DNA of 64,000 bases from the NCBI RefSeq assembly GCF_001194135.2, contig NC_068998.1:17334746-17398745 (forward strand). Direction: 5' to 3'. The position numbers were made by a program, and so were the translations under genes. The notes under the pieces were generated by a model, which saw only the letters and a program-made list of their open reading frames with translations, had not been told where the DNA came from and did no database searches. The DNA is from Octopus bimaculoides (Eukaryota). Below are positions 34,857 through 48,352 of this stretch, in pieces; the stretch's first letter is position 1, and every line of letters begins with the position of its first letter.

Positions 34857-36136
34857 ATGAGATGATTGAAAGAATCATTACGTACATTGGGCTCAGATTA
34901 TCTACCCAGTAGACCTATTATAAAGATAAATACTTCGTAGAAACCTATGCCAAAGATCCTAAATGTTAGGTTTTAAGCTATTAATTTCCATCAGGTTTTT
35001 CATCTGAGTTTCTGAAATAAAGAATTATCATCAATTCTGCGTTAATTAAAGAATTAATGATAATTTCTCTGTATAGTCATTCGAAATAGCGTTCGAATTT
35101 CTATCATACCACACCCAACGAAGAAATATCTAAAAAGGCTTGTCGGACTGCCTCATGGTCCCAGCAGATCATAGTGGATGTGAGAGGGGGGGATGCGCTA
35201 GACCACTTCTGATAGTGGGCCCCTTATCTGGGATTTCACTTGCTTGTGGTAACTTGGTGTGTTCAACTACTAGATCAGGCTCTGCTGCTGAGAAAGGCAA
35301 GCTGTTAAAGTGTCTGTCGTTCTCTAACAGATTTATTGGTCGAGCCTATGACAGTAGAAAACTCCGGCGTTCTAGCTCCCTCCCCCCACTCCACCCCGGC
35401 TCATATCCCTGCTTACCGCTATTGGGACGAAGATGGCTGTCAGCAAGTGCGAACCAACTATCGCCAAGAAAGTTCACATTGGATAACGTAGACCTGAATG
35501 CCCTACGACGGGGGAAAAATAGAATGGTCACAGTAGGAAAACCATTTTTCTTTCCTTAAATATTGATGTGTGAAGCCCAGAAATGATAAGCTGTTTGTTA
35601 TATTTGTGTTGGACTTCAAGGTAGATACTCTCTACCAAATTCTACAAACCACAGGATATTGTCTGTGCCTTTTTAATTACAGGTCACAGACAAGGCTCTC
35701 TTGGGTCTACAAAACTCAGCACCTCGACGGGGTTCTGAGTTTTCAACTCAGACAACTTGCTAAAATCTTTTCCTTCTTAGAAATCCTCCCCCTCTTTCCT
35801 CTTTAACCACGAACTTGTTGAAGACGCACCAAGCAGTTAATTCCATCTCTTAATCAAGGGGAACTGAAAAGGCTATAGGCACTGCACTACCTTCTCAAAT
35901 TAAACAATAACAATAATAATTGCTTCCCCAATCATCATCTCTACCTGCTGATTATTTAGTGTATCATGTTTACCGGAGGAGAAATGATAAGCAGATTATC
36001 TTTTATTTCATATTTCTACGAAGTTTATTCAGCTGTCAGAGGTTATCAGTACGTGTAAAACAACTTCTTAAAAAGATTGTTTACGATACGATAGAAATCA
36101 TATTTCTGCTTTATTACTTTCAGCGTGTCACTTTAC

Positions 36137-36150
36137 CTATCTTCCAACAT
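36137..36150 (-). CDS. Possible first coding exon of a minus-strand gene (ATG TTG GAA GAT AG|GTAAAG)
   Basis: ATG at 36150 next to the CpG-rich promoter-like island; AG|GTAAAG donor at 36136-36131. Confidence 0.3.
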
Positions 36151-36179
36151 CCCCAGCCTCAACAGCTTCACCACTTCAC

Positions 36180-36300
36180 CACGTAATCATAATTCCAGAG
36201 ACGAGCGTTCGAATCCTCAGCGACGCCACCACTGGCCGCGAAAAACAACACGAGCATCGCTAACAACGCATGCGCAGACAGAATAACGGTTTAACTGGAA
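36180..36300. promoter_or_regulatory. Candidate bidirectional promoter
   Basis: Locally CpG-rich. E2F-like TTTTCGCGGCC (minus, 36234-36244) and NRF1-like CGCATGCGCA (36267-36276). Splice donors face outward on both sides. Confidence 0.55.
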
Positions 36301-36546
36301 CTGGATTCTTGCGAGTTTGGAATAAGAGCTGAGGTTAGAGTTCATCAGCGGTAGTGATAGGAAGAGGAGGTGAAGAGAGGAAGGAAGAGGAAGAAGTAGA
36401 AAGACGTGAATCTAAAGCAAGCAGTCAAGTACTAAAGTGATTCTCTCATCGTATTGAGTTATAAATTTTTCTTCGACAGCTTAATGAAATTCTGGATTCT
36501 GTACACTGTATAAGAAAACAACAAATGAAGTGCTGAAACATTGCAG
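36290..36546 (+). other. Candidate non-coding first exon of a plus-strand gene
   Basis: Purine-rich leader ending in a strong CAG|GTAAAT donor at 36546/36547. The start is approximate. Confidence 0.4.
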
Positions 36547-36736
36547 GTAAATGTATAGAAATATACACATATATATATATTGTTCTTTCTTGAAATTTTT
36601 CTTTGTTTTTCCCCTTGGTTGTCGTATTTCACTATCGTATTAGTTACTGTTGTAGTAATGGTGTCATGTGGTTTGGTTGGAGCCACAGCGTGGATTCTTC
36701 GCTTTGCAGTTTTCCCCTTTTCTTCCCTCTTTTTTA

Positions 36737-36767
<31 letters not shown>

Positions 36768-36903
36768 CTGCCAGTTGTCTTTCTCGGAGAAAAATATTTT
36801 TATTCTTTATCACATTTAGCTTAATTCTAATCAATAAACAACGCGAATCTACAGCGGTCTAACATTTATTATTATTATTATTCTCATTGTGTTTGGCTTC
36901 ACA

Positions 36904-36937
<34 letters not shown>

Positions 36938-37152
36938 CACATACAGTGTATATATGTGTGTGTGTGTGTGAATGCTAGATGTGTAGATTGGTTTATATAT
37001 ATGCATATCTTAGTGCGCGCGCGTGTATATAGATCAGAAATTTGATTTTTATATATCATAGATATGCATGTTATATAAGTATATTGATAGATATGTATAT
37101 ATTATGCGCGTGTGTATATATATATATATGCTAGACTTATAGATGTGTTTGA

Positions 37153-37202
<50 letters not shown>

Positions 37203-37559
37203 ATACATGTTTTACAAACATTGTCATACACACTCGTCTGCTATGGCGTGTTGTCAAATGTAATCGGAATTATGGGGACGAACAGATAATTTGCAGTGGA
37301 GAGAGAAGGAATTTTCTCTGAAGATGCTGAAATTTAATTATAGGAAGTATTATTTTCCGATGAAAATCTAAGAGGAAGACTTTTATGTTGCGTTTCTTGG
37401 ATAAGCTTGTCAAAGCTGTCGGGCTGCCTTCATTCAAATCGAAAGCAAATGTAACATGACATTTCTATTATTCGATGTTTGTGTGTATATGCGTGTGTTT
37501 CTCTATGTATGTATATGTGTTTGTATGCATGCATGTGTGTTTGTGTGTGCATGTGTTCC

Positions 37560-38185
37560 TACATGTATGTAAGTGCTTATTTCTTTGTAAGTATGCGTGT
37601 AGGTGTTTGTGTTTCTATGTGAGACGGCATATATGTGCCTGTGTGTATGAGATTATATACGTGCTTGTACGTGTGTGTGAGATTATGTAGGTGCTTTATG
37701 TGTGTGTGAAAGTATGTAGGTGCTCGTGTGTATATGTGACAGTATGTAGGTGCTTGTGTGTATAAGTATGTAGGCGCTTGTGTGTATGCGTGTGAGAGTA
37801 TGTAGGTGTCTGTATGTGTGCATGTGAGAGTATGTAGGTGTCTGTATGTGTGCATGTGAGAGTATGTAGGTGCTTATGTGTATGAGAGTGTGTGTAAGTA
37901 TGTAGGTGCTTGTGTGTATGTGTGTGACAGTATGTAGGTGCTAATGTTTCTTTGCCTGTTTCCATGTGTATATAGATGTGGATACTTGTTTCTATGCTTG
38001 TGTTTCTCTGTGTATGCCTCTATATAGGTGCTTGTGTTTCTGTGTGTATGTATGTATGTAGGTGCTTGTGTTTCTATGTGTATCTCTCTAGGTGCTTGTG
38101 TTTCTATGTGTATCTATCTAGGTGCTTGTGTATATATCTAGGTGCTTGTGTTTCTGTGTGTGTATGTATATAGATGCTTGTGTTT

Positions 38186-38222
<37 letters not shown>

Positions 38223-38240
38223 GGAGCTTGTGTTTCTCTC

Positions 38241-38272
<32 letters not shown>

Positions 38273-38530
38273 GGAGCTTGTTTTTCTATGTGTGTGTATA
38301 TATATATATATATAGGTGACTGTTTTCTATGTGTGTATATATATGTGCTTGTTTTTCTATGTGTGTGTGTGNNNNNNNNNNTATGTGTGTGTATATATAT
38401 ATATATATATAGGTGACTGTTTTCTATGTGTGTATATATATGTGCTTGTTTTTCTATGTGTGTGTGTGTATGTATGTAGGTGCTTGTGTTTCTGTGTGTG
38501 TATGTAGGTGCTTGCGTTTGTATGTATGTA
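37560..38530. repeat. Degenerate GT-rich minisatellite with TAGGTGCTTGTGT core
   Basis: Many ~22-40 bp units (AGTATGTAGGTGC...; TAGGTGCTTGTGTTTCTATGTG). Related units recur at about 39020-39150. Confidence 0.9.
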
Positions 38531-38538
38531 GGTGTTTA

Positions 38539-38579
<41 letters not shown>

Positions 38580-41500
38580 GTGTGCGTGCATTTCTGCGTG
38601 TGCGTGTCTACACATAGCTGTTTTTGCCTGCGTTTGTGTTGTGTTTGCGTGCTCCTGAGTGTGTTACGTGCTTGCTCCTCCTGCGTCTGCGCGTCTGCAA
38701 GCGCTTGCGTCTACGTGTTTTTCTTCTCGGTGTGTGTGTGTGTGTGTGTGTGTCTTTCTATGTACTTCTGATCGTGTGCCTACGTGTTCATCTGTGTGCA
38801 TGTATGCATAGATACAAGCAGACGCAATGTCTGTATGCGCTTGACTGTGCAAGTATACGTGTGCAAACTTGTATGTGTGTGTTTGTTATACATCTTTAAC
38901 ACCAATTAGTGTGGGCTTTTTCTTTAGTAGTACATCTGTAATGTATGATGTATACTTAATTGTATTTATATAGGCATGTATACTTGAGTGTATATCTATA
39001 GAGGCATATGTATGTATATGTCTGTGTGTATGTTTATAAATGTGTGTAGGTGCTTGAGTGTGAGACATGTAGGTGTCTGTATGTGTGTGTGAGAGTATAT
39101 ACATGCTTGTACGTGTGTATGAGAATATGTAGGCGCTTGTGTGTACGCGTGATATATATTTGTGTGTGTGTGTGTGTGTGTGTGAGATGTTCGCTACTCA
39201 TATCTAGTGTCTTCTTAGGCATCACTGAATATTTTACCTTTTATTAATCGAAAGAAGCCTTAATGCAGAGGAAACATTGCACAGCTGTTTTATTATTATT
39301 ATTATCAACATTATTATGCTTTGCATGAGTTTAAATACTTGAAAGGAAACAATAGCACCCGCCTTTTTTTTGTCTCCTGTTTTTTTTTTTTGTTTTTTTC
39401 TTGTTCCCATTTACACAGGTAATTGTGGTAGGCCTCGGACATACCGTATTTATTCTCCACTCACCGACCACTGTACTGGGCACTTTTTGTTAAGAAACAC
39501 TTCACAATATATGAAAGAGGTTGAAAAAAAATAATAATAAAATTCGTTTTTCATTTCGTCGCTTGAAGAAAAAGAAATGTGAGTGTGTGTGTGTAAATAT
39601 TTTTCGTGCTTTCGTTGTTTGTGGAAAGTTTTATGTAAAGTTTGAATAATGATTTATTCTTCAAATAAGGTTCTTTTTGCTGAGATTGATTTCGGTAACA
39701 ATTTTGAAGTTGATGGTAGTCACTGCTGCACCAGAGATACATACTCCAGGTGGTTGGTTGGCTTACATATTCCTCTTTAAATGTTTATTTTTTTCTTCTT
39801 ACCATTCTTTGACAAATCTAACAATGTTTGATTTATCGTGTCTTCTCAAATTTTTTTTTTTTTTTTCCATTTAAAATAATTCTAAGGGCTCTAAGACTGA
39901 ACATTGGTTTACACATTTTCTGTTATATGCAGTAAATTTTTTTTTTTAGTGGAGGAAAAAAATTTTTTCTCCTTATTGGTGGTATGTTCTATATTATATT
40001 TTCATAGTTTTTTTTATCCTCTATTTATGTTTTTTTTCTGTATTTTTGTTAGACTAATCCAAGGTTTTCTTCCACTTGCTCCCTTTTTTATCATTCATAA
40101 CTGTTGCCGTTGTGGCACGTGAGTTAATTAGGGATTCTTTTCTTCTCCCCACTACACTTCTGTTTTTCTTTTGCTTTTGTTTTGCAAGCCGACACCTGTG
40201 TTTTCTGATATTTCAGACAGCCAGGCATCAGATAGAGTGGGTCGCTAAAAGCAGTAGTCAGCCATCTGTGACTGCAGCATCAACTGGATGATGTTCTACT
40301 TTTAGATTTCACCTTTTATACTATTTTCCCGTGTATATATTTCATTCTAACACTCATTTCGGGCTTCGAATTAGACATAATCCTATCGGATTCTTACCGA
40401 AAAGATCACTTTACTTGATTTTACTGTCTTTTCTTTCTCTCTCTCTCTCTGCAAGCATCTTATCTGTACTAAAGTACCAGAAAAGTATATCGTAAACAGT
40501 AAAATGTACAAATGTTAATTTTAAATATTCTTTTAATTTTATTTTAAAATAGGAAATTTCGTTCGTACAGCCAGCTTTTATTTAAAAGATATTTCGGTTC
40601 CTCATTTCTCTAAACATAGCTTTCCTCTCGACTCCTTTTAATTATTTCTCATGAATATATCGTATTTGGCAATCGAATCTTTTTGTTATCGTTCAATTAA
40701 CATCTTTTTTTTCGCAATGAATGAAAGACAGAAATAAAGTAGGCTCTTATTTATCTCCATTGTTTCTGTAGGATTTGTTGTGTAAGGAAAGAAGTGGCAC
40801 ATTATTAATTTTCATGAAATTTGAACTTATGACACAAATACTATATAACCATTACAGTAGTCTATGTATAGTGATTTTGCTGATAGAATTGTTAACTCAA
40901 GTAGTGTTGTATGGTAGAAGGGTTGGGAGAATTATTCGGATAAATTACGATTCGAAACATTGCGGTTATCACATTTTTCGCTAATATTGTTGTTAAGTTA
41001 TAGATATTAATGACTGCATGTCTGGATCCACACAGGATATGATGTGATGTCTGATTTGTATAATATAATTTGCCTCACCCAGTTCTACGAATTGGTTGGA
41101 TTACGTATATATGTCCGGTCAAATGAGTAACAGCAGGAAAGTTGCTTTTCGAAATTTCTTGTATTAAATAGTGTGAAAACTGTGCTTTCTTGAATGAAAT
41201 CGATCTGACAGATAGTTTCTGAAAATTGAAATTTTTTTTAGTATACTTTTGGTATTTTTTTTTAGTTTTGAAATTTAACCATTGTTCATTACAAGTGATC
41301 TTTTGAACTGTCCTTCTTTTCTACTGAACTGTGTTTCTTTGTCAACGTTCTCATATCTGTTAAATGATTCACCACTTCCACAAATACGGGTGTGTGTGTT
41401 TATAATAATAATGATAATTAGACTAAACTTATAAAAGCTTAGTGTCCTAAAATTTTGCGTTGTGGTTGCGAGAAGTAACATGTTTATTCAAGTCTTGAGA

Positions 41501-42019
41501 TATTTTAAATCGTTAAGGGGCAAAATTTTAAAGGTTTCAGTAGAACTGACACAAAGAATGTTTATGTGGTTTATGCTATTTCCTAAAACTATTAGATAAC
41601 CTTTTTATAAAATGTTGTCACCTTAGACAATTTGCAGGCAAGCCTGAAGATGGATGCTGGAGAGAGAAGAACCCGTTTTAAAAAGTAATGCAGTAGTTGA
41701 CTATGGTTTAATATTGAGGCATTAAAAAGTTGTAAGAAAAACCTTGCTAGAATTCTTCATTTTCCCTTTAAACAGAAGACAAATCCTGGAAGGGAAATTT
41801 ATCAAATATATTTCGACATTCTCCCCTCACAGAGATGCAAAATTGAAACCAGCAGAATTTTGAACTTTGAACATTTTGTTAAACAACACTGTGCTGTTTC
41901 TCTACTATTTATCGCTAATCCAAGTGACCGAAGTTGGCTAGAATTTATCGAGGCTTTTTCTAAACTTCCTATCTAAATAATTCATAGCTTTATTTTATCT
42001 TTTTTCTTTTATTGTGTCA

Positions 42020-42362
42020 ATCGTTGGAGTGCGGCCATGCTGGGGTACCGCTGTGAAGGGGTCCAGTCGAACAAATTGACCCCAGTACTTATTTAAGCCT
42101 GGTTCTGTTCTGTCGGCTTCTTTTGTCGAACCGCTGTTACAGGAATGTAAACAAACCAACACCGGTTATCAAACGGTGGTGAGGTACAAACATCACACAC
42201 ACATGACGGGCTTCTTTCAGTTTCTGTCTATTCAAATCAGTTCACAAAGCTTTGGTCGGCCTGCAGCAATAGTAGAAGACACTTGCCCCCAGGTGCCATG
42301 CAATAAAACCGAACACAAGACCACATGGTTCAGAAGCAAGCTTCTTAAGTACACAGCCACAC
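42020..42362 (-). mobile_element. SINE family A
   Basis: GCGGCCATGCTGGGGTACCG...GACCCCAGTACTTAT...GACGGGCTTCTTTCAG...CACAGCCAC. Confidence 0.85.
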
Positions 42363-44279
42363 TTGGAGTGTGTAGTTGTTTTATTTTTTGATTTCTTCTT
42401 TTTTTTTTTAACCATCATTTGATTTGCCTTGCACAGTTTAATTAATAAAGAAAATATAGCATTTCTTTCTGTGTGTTCATTTTCATAAATTCAAACTTGT
42501 ATTAAAGTTTTTTTCCTGAGTGAACACTGGCTTATAAAGTACGTTATATATTTGATTTGATGTTTGTGGAATATTCATGTTTGATTTTCTCCAATCTTTT
42601 CCTTTTATTCCATAAAATGTAATAAAACAATATCTAAAGTAAGGATCTCATTAAAATTCCTTTTCAACAAAGCACAAAAGTCTTGTATTCTTTAAAAAGG
42701 AAAATGAGATATTGTGATGTCCATGTTCCCCGCTCTCTCTAGCAATTTGGGAAGTAAGTACAACAGAATAGGGAATTGTTTGAAGATTTACTACTTTGAA
42801 GTTTGCTACCTTGCCCTGTAGTGTTGTACCCAATGATGGGACCTCTTTGTGGTCACTAAAGCTGTTAGAAAAGCAAAGAGAGAGAGAGAGAGCTCTTTCA
42901 GTTCACACACTATAGGAGCCCACACTGGATAATGTAGTCTAAGTTACACTGTTTAATAAAGAATATTTAAAAAATGGGGCAGTCACATCTAGATTTTCTT
43001 TGATCATAAGCCTGCTTAATGGTGGCTGAGTTGGAATTATATGACTCTTTATATCAGCTTTACATATGTTGATAAATTTGCTTGTTGCTGATCAATTATG
43101 AAGTTTTAAAATGACCAAACAGCTGAATCTTAATAATTCAGCCTTAAGTATATATTTCCATAATTATGGTATGAAGAGCACTTGCCATCAAAATGGTTAA
43201 ATTGATAAACCTGTATATTGCATCGGAAGAAAATTAAAATTACTTGCTTGCTAATCTGTAAAACTCATGGATTGGAAGAGAATATTGCAGATGTAACCAT
43301 CCTTTCTTCCATTTAGGACTACATTATCCAAAGAGTAATTTTTCTTAAGGTGTCAGTGTGATTTGAGAAATTTAGCCATTTCCAGTGGATTGACAACTAT
43401 GTAGAAGCTGCTTTGTTGAAGAGATTGTAATTAAGTTAGACTGATACCTAGACATGTGTTCATTTTCACTTCAGTTCGTTAGCACCTTTTTTCTGACTGT
43501 GGATTTGCTTATTTAAATAAATCAAAGGAAATGTAATAAATGCATCAGGCATAGCTATCTCTTTTCAAAGAGACAAAACAAATGCACAAGGACAGCTGCA
43601 GTGGATGATCTGATTCACTTAGCCACTGCAACAGTGATTGAAACATTTGCAAGGGATGGATGTTAAGAATTTGAGCAGTTAGATAACTAGTCATTTTTTG
43701 ACAGTTGAGAAAACACTTATTGCTCCGTGCAGAAAAATGTGATATGACGTGTATGTTAAGTGTCATGCAAAGGAAAAGAAGACCTTGAAAGGAAAGGGCT
43801 TAGATGACTTAACAGATGTGTAATATAAATTTAGAACTATGATACATTGCACACTGAACTGAATAGATGTTCAGTGTGTCTGCTACTGCATGTTAAAGTA
43901 GCTTCTGCAAAACTTCAAACAGGTGATAATTATGAATGATGCGTGTTAGGCATAACAATGCTATAAGCTGAATTATTGTGCAGCCCCTTATCCAGTAGTT
44001 TTATGGCAAAATAAGTAATTGAGTGACAAAGCATGACCCACAGATCCATCTTCCAAATATCTCCATCTTAGTGGCTCTCAACCAAGGTCTGTATGACCCT
44101 TGGAGGTTCATATTAGATTTTGCTGTTAAAATTTATGTGCAATAAATTGGTTATACTTCCATAATTTTTTTTTTTTATACAATTCCTAATAATATTTGAT
44201 TATAAAAATATGATAGGATTTTTTAAACATTGAATGGCTATGAAGGTTCACCAGTGTGACATATTGTGGATAAATCATA

Positions 44280-46330
44280 GGGAATGTAGTGTGACAATTT
44301 GGGCATATTCTGCTCTCTTCACTGTCTAGTTTATTTCTGCACTCATGAGATTCTAAGATGGAGGATGGCAGCAGAAGTGATCCAACTGGAGTTTATAAGA
44401 GCATGATAGTTGCTGTTTTGTGAGTATTGTTGATAGTGGGCATTCCAGCTCAGTGTTTGGGATGGTTGAGGTTATTGGTGTTGCACATATTTCTGTGTAT
44501 GTTCTTTATGGTTATTTAGGTTGAGTGGAAGAGAGAACATTTAAAAAAAATATTGTTGGAGTGTTCTGGGGCATTTGTGTCAGTGTTTGGAAGAGATGTT
44601 TCATGTTGTGATAGGGGCTATTGGGGTTGAAGCTCGCTACAGCAACAGACTGTGCTCTTCTCATTCTAGAGACTTGAGAATTTTCTGCTTAGTGATCTGA
44701 GTACCCATTACTTAAATATATGCTTTTGTGTTCTTTGTATTTGTTTTGGAATTATTGGGGTCCAGGTAGGATAGGTCTAGTCTATGAAGTATTTAGTACA
44801 TTGTGGGTATTGTCTGTAATTCCTTGTAATTTTGTTTTCTGTGTGTGTGTGTATAGAATGTTGTTGAATATAATAATTGGTTGTATTTGGTTGTTATTGG
44901 TAAGAAGGAAGGCATCGTATTTGGTAGGTGTCACTATGGAGCCAGGTTTCTGGGTCATATAAGTTGGTTTGGAGTAGTTGTGCAGCAGTGTCTGGAGATT
45001 GTGAGGGGATGTTTGTAATTGTGAGAGGCTGTTTGCATATTTTGTGAAGGTGTGGAAAGATTGTGTAGGCTGAGGTAGAAAAGTTGGTAACAGGATGTTT
45101 GAAAATGCTTTTGTGCACCATTATAGACCACTTAGTGGCCTAACAGATGGTTTGTTTGCTAGTGTTTTGTTTTTTAAGATGTTGAATAGTTGAAAGTTTT
45201 GCTACTGTGACTGACAGTTTAGTGTGGATTTTTATTTTATTAACTGAACCATTGCATATTATTTGTGTTAGATTTGAGTAGTGTAGTGGTTTTTGTATCG
45301 GTCTGAATCTGATTTTGAGAGTGAGTTGTATGGGTGGGTGTGCTTACAAGAGTGATGGGTTTGTATGATATCGCTTCGCTTGAATTTTTTGTTAGGCTTT
45401 AGAATTGTTATATTTTTGTCCAGCTTCCAGAGCCTGGGAATTTGACAATGTTAGTATAAGTACTTGTAGATGTTGTTAAGTGCAGTGATTACTTCAAACG
45501 TTAGGCATTTTAGGTATGTGTATGTGGTTTTGTCTGGACCTGAGACTTTTAAATTTTCAGATTTCTTTTTTGCATTTGAATGTCTGATGGTAAAAGGAGT
45601 CAAAATGGTGGTCTAAGTGGAAGGTACATTTTTTTTGTGACTGATTTTTGAGAACTAAGGGTGTATGCTTGATAGGGAAGTGTGGATATACAATTTGAGG
45701 TTGTTAATGTGACCTGGTGTATTCTGTGACTGTTGTTGATGCAACTAATTACTCTGTGTAGGGTTTTACTGTTAGTTTTGGGGCTTATATCAAAATCAAA
45801 TGTTTTTTTTTTTGTTTTTTAATTTCCTTAGTTATTTAATGCCAAATTTTATCTCAGTAGTTGTTTTGGTGTATTTTTTGAGGTCATCTGGTTTATTGTG
45901 GTTTGATATTTCTGGTGTGTAATTCAGGCTATATTTTTAATGTTACCTTGTTGGATATGTTTTTTGGATGCATCTGTAATTTTGTTGAATGTATGTATTG
46001 TAATGTATATGTTTGTGACTGTATTGTTGAATTCTGAAAAACCTTCTTTCTGTTTCTTTGTAAAACTCCTTCCTGTATTCCTTTTTGAAGTTTGTAAAAG
46101 CATTTTGCTTTTGTTAATATATGTGTTGTGTTGTAGCAATAATTGGTGGGTGGTTTGAGAAAAGTTGGGGGATTCTCTTCTAAGTGGTTATGAAAGCAGA
46201 CAATGATGTCTGTAAACTTGTTGTAGTTGACTTGGTAAGGTATGCCTGTGTGTGTTAGTATGAATAGTTTGGTATCCATAAAAGGAATAATGATGATATA
46301 ACAATATCCTTTTGTCTTCTAGTTGAAAAC
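44280..46330 (-). mobile_element. Old degenerate LINE (I/Jockey-group-like) ORF2 remnant
   Basis: Strongly GT-rich plus strand. Minus-strand pieces read VSGPDKTTYTYLK, IP.LWK...I.ILKPNK...YKPITL and GFRP, with a C-terminal ICPNCH; many stops. Confidence 0.7.
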
Positions 46331-48213
46331 CAGGAGGTGTTGAATGAAATGAAGTTCCTCCAGTGATGGGTTTGTTAGTGCTGCACTTGGAATGTTTGAC
46401 CTGGTGGAAGGGTTGATAAAGACAGTGTGTGTGTGTGTGTGTGTATATATTTTCATATAACGTGTTTCATATTTCTAGTTTTTAATTTGAAAGCCTACTC
46501 TAGTGTAGAGTTGTTTCCTATTAGTTTACGTTGGCATTTTTGATATCTGTATATTGAATGTACGTTTTTATGTCATGACTGGTCACATTGTAAAAGCATA
46601 TGTCCAGTCTGATGTGAATGCAGTCTGAAACGTTTTGCAAATGATTATAAAAACTTTTAGTTCCATAAAAGTGTTTTTAATGCTGTTGGTGTTTGTATTG
46701 TAGAATTTTATAATTTTGTCAGGATTTCAAAGTTGTGATTACATTAATTTTTAAATGTATTCAGTGGTGTATCTCTGAAGTTGGAAAAGGATATCATTGT
46801 TGTTGTTGTTAATGTAATTTTTTATTTAAATTTCAATTTTGGCTAATGGTAGCCAATTAAGTCTATGTTGCATGAGGTCAAGAAATTACATCAGTTCTGT
46901 CCATGGATATTTTGGTAGGTACTTTAAGAGAATGATGTTGTCTTAGTCTCTGGTCAACTCTGAGCTGCCAGAACAATGATCAAAGCATTTCCATCACAAC
47001 CATCACTCCCTATCTATTTAGGACTGCACTTTTCAATGCATCCTTTTTTTTTCTTAAGATGTGCAGCATGGTTTGAGAATTTGAGTGCTATTTTTAGCAG
47101 GGTGAGTGACTGTATAGAGGCTGTTTGTGTGGGCTTGCTTTTTATTAAGTGACCTTTTCTGAAGTTTTTCTGTAAACATTTTGTCTTTTATAAAGCAATT
47201 TTAAATATATAGTGTTTCAATCTTAAGAATTTTCTATTGGTCACTTCCTAGTTTACACCTTCCAATTAAATTTTGAGTTATCAATCATGACATCAACCCT
47301 GCTAAAATATGTTTATTCTTAAGCATTTGCAAATTTCCTATCCTATAGTATTTGCTAAACCTATTTTTCCAAATATTTTTCATTCTGGGCTTTCCTTTTT
47401 GAATGGTGTTTCAGGAATCTTGTCTTCATTGTAACTAAATTACAGTCAGATTTTAATTAACTTGTAGATAACATTTTGCTTTTCTGTAACCAAATCATCT
47501 CAAATTTCTACTTTGAAATTCTTGAAAGTTTGCTTTAAGTTAACAAAATCTTTTAATATTAAAAAAATGTCTACTTTTTTTATCTTGCAGCTTTTGGCTT
47601 CTCAAATTTCAGGAAGTCTGAAATGCTGTTCTTGAAACGGCTTATAGGGAAGATTTAAAAGTATACCCTTTTATAAACTTACTATATGAAGGAACAACTG
47701 CTTTTGTTCTGTTAATTCCCTTAGGCCCAGTTCAATCTTTGCTGCACAGATCTGTGATCGAAGGTATTCTGACCATTTTCATCAGCATTGCGTTTCTAGG
47801 ACTATTATGTCCCCTCTTTTTTTTTAGCTATATTTGAAGGAGATTTGGCTGCTATTTTTGAATGGTTATGTGGTTTGTCCCTCCCACCTCCCATAGAGGT
47901 TCCTCTGTTGGCTTATCCCACTGTTTAGTTCATCAATAACTGCTTCTCTATAGAAGTTGTCATGAACAGCATTATGAACTACAGCAATGTGCTCAAAAGT
48001 ATTTTATAGTACTTTTTGTACTTTGTATTATTTCCATCTACAGCAGATTATTAATTTCCTTTGGCAGTGTAACCACTGAAGTTTATTCCTGCCCTCTTGA
48101 TGTTTGTTTATAAAATTCTTTGCTGTTTAGTTTAAAAATTGACACATGCATATATCTGTATGTATGTTTATATATTTGTTAATTTTTTTTGGTACTTGTT
48201 CTGTAACTGTAAA

Positions 48214-48352
48214 TAAAAAAAAAACTCTTATTTCCTCTATTTAAAAATACTAATTTTATAGAAAAAAACCCTCTTATTTCCTCTATTTGAAAATACTAAT
48301 TATATAGAAAAAAAAACTCTTATTTCCTCTATTTGATAATACTAATTTTATA
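48214..48352. repeat. Three tandem ~45-bp AT-rich units
   Basis: A(n)CTCTTATTTCCTCTATTT.A.AATACTAATT.TATAG, three copies. Confidence 0.9.

Noticed and set aside
36207-36226. GTTCGAATCC B-box followed by ...GCCA, like a tRNA 3' end
   Set aside because: No A-box or cloverleaf upstream. It might be an isolated TFIIIC site but cannot be supported from sequence.
9666-39247. Numerous ORF-track entries rich in YI/IY, CV/VC, HT/TH or poly-Y/N/I
   Set aside because: They are translations of (TA)n, (TG)n, (CA)n and (AAT)n microsatellites or N gaps, not proteins.
41638-42752. Plus-strand exon candidates (MDAGERRTRFK..., MSMFPALSSNLG|GTAAGT)
   Set aside because: They could not be joined into a consistent stop-free frame and show no recognisable homology.
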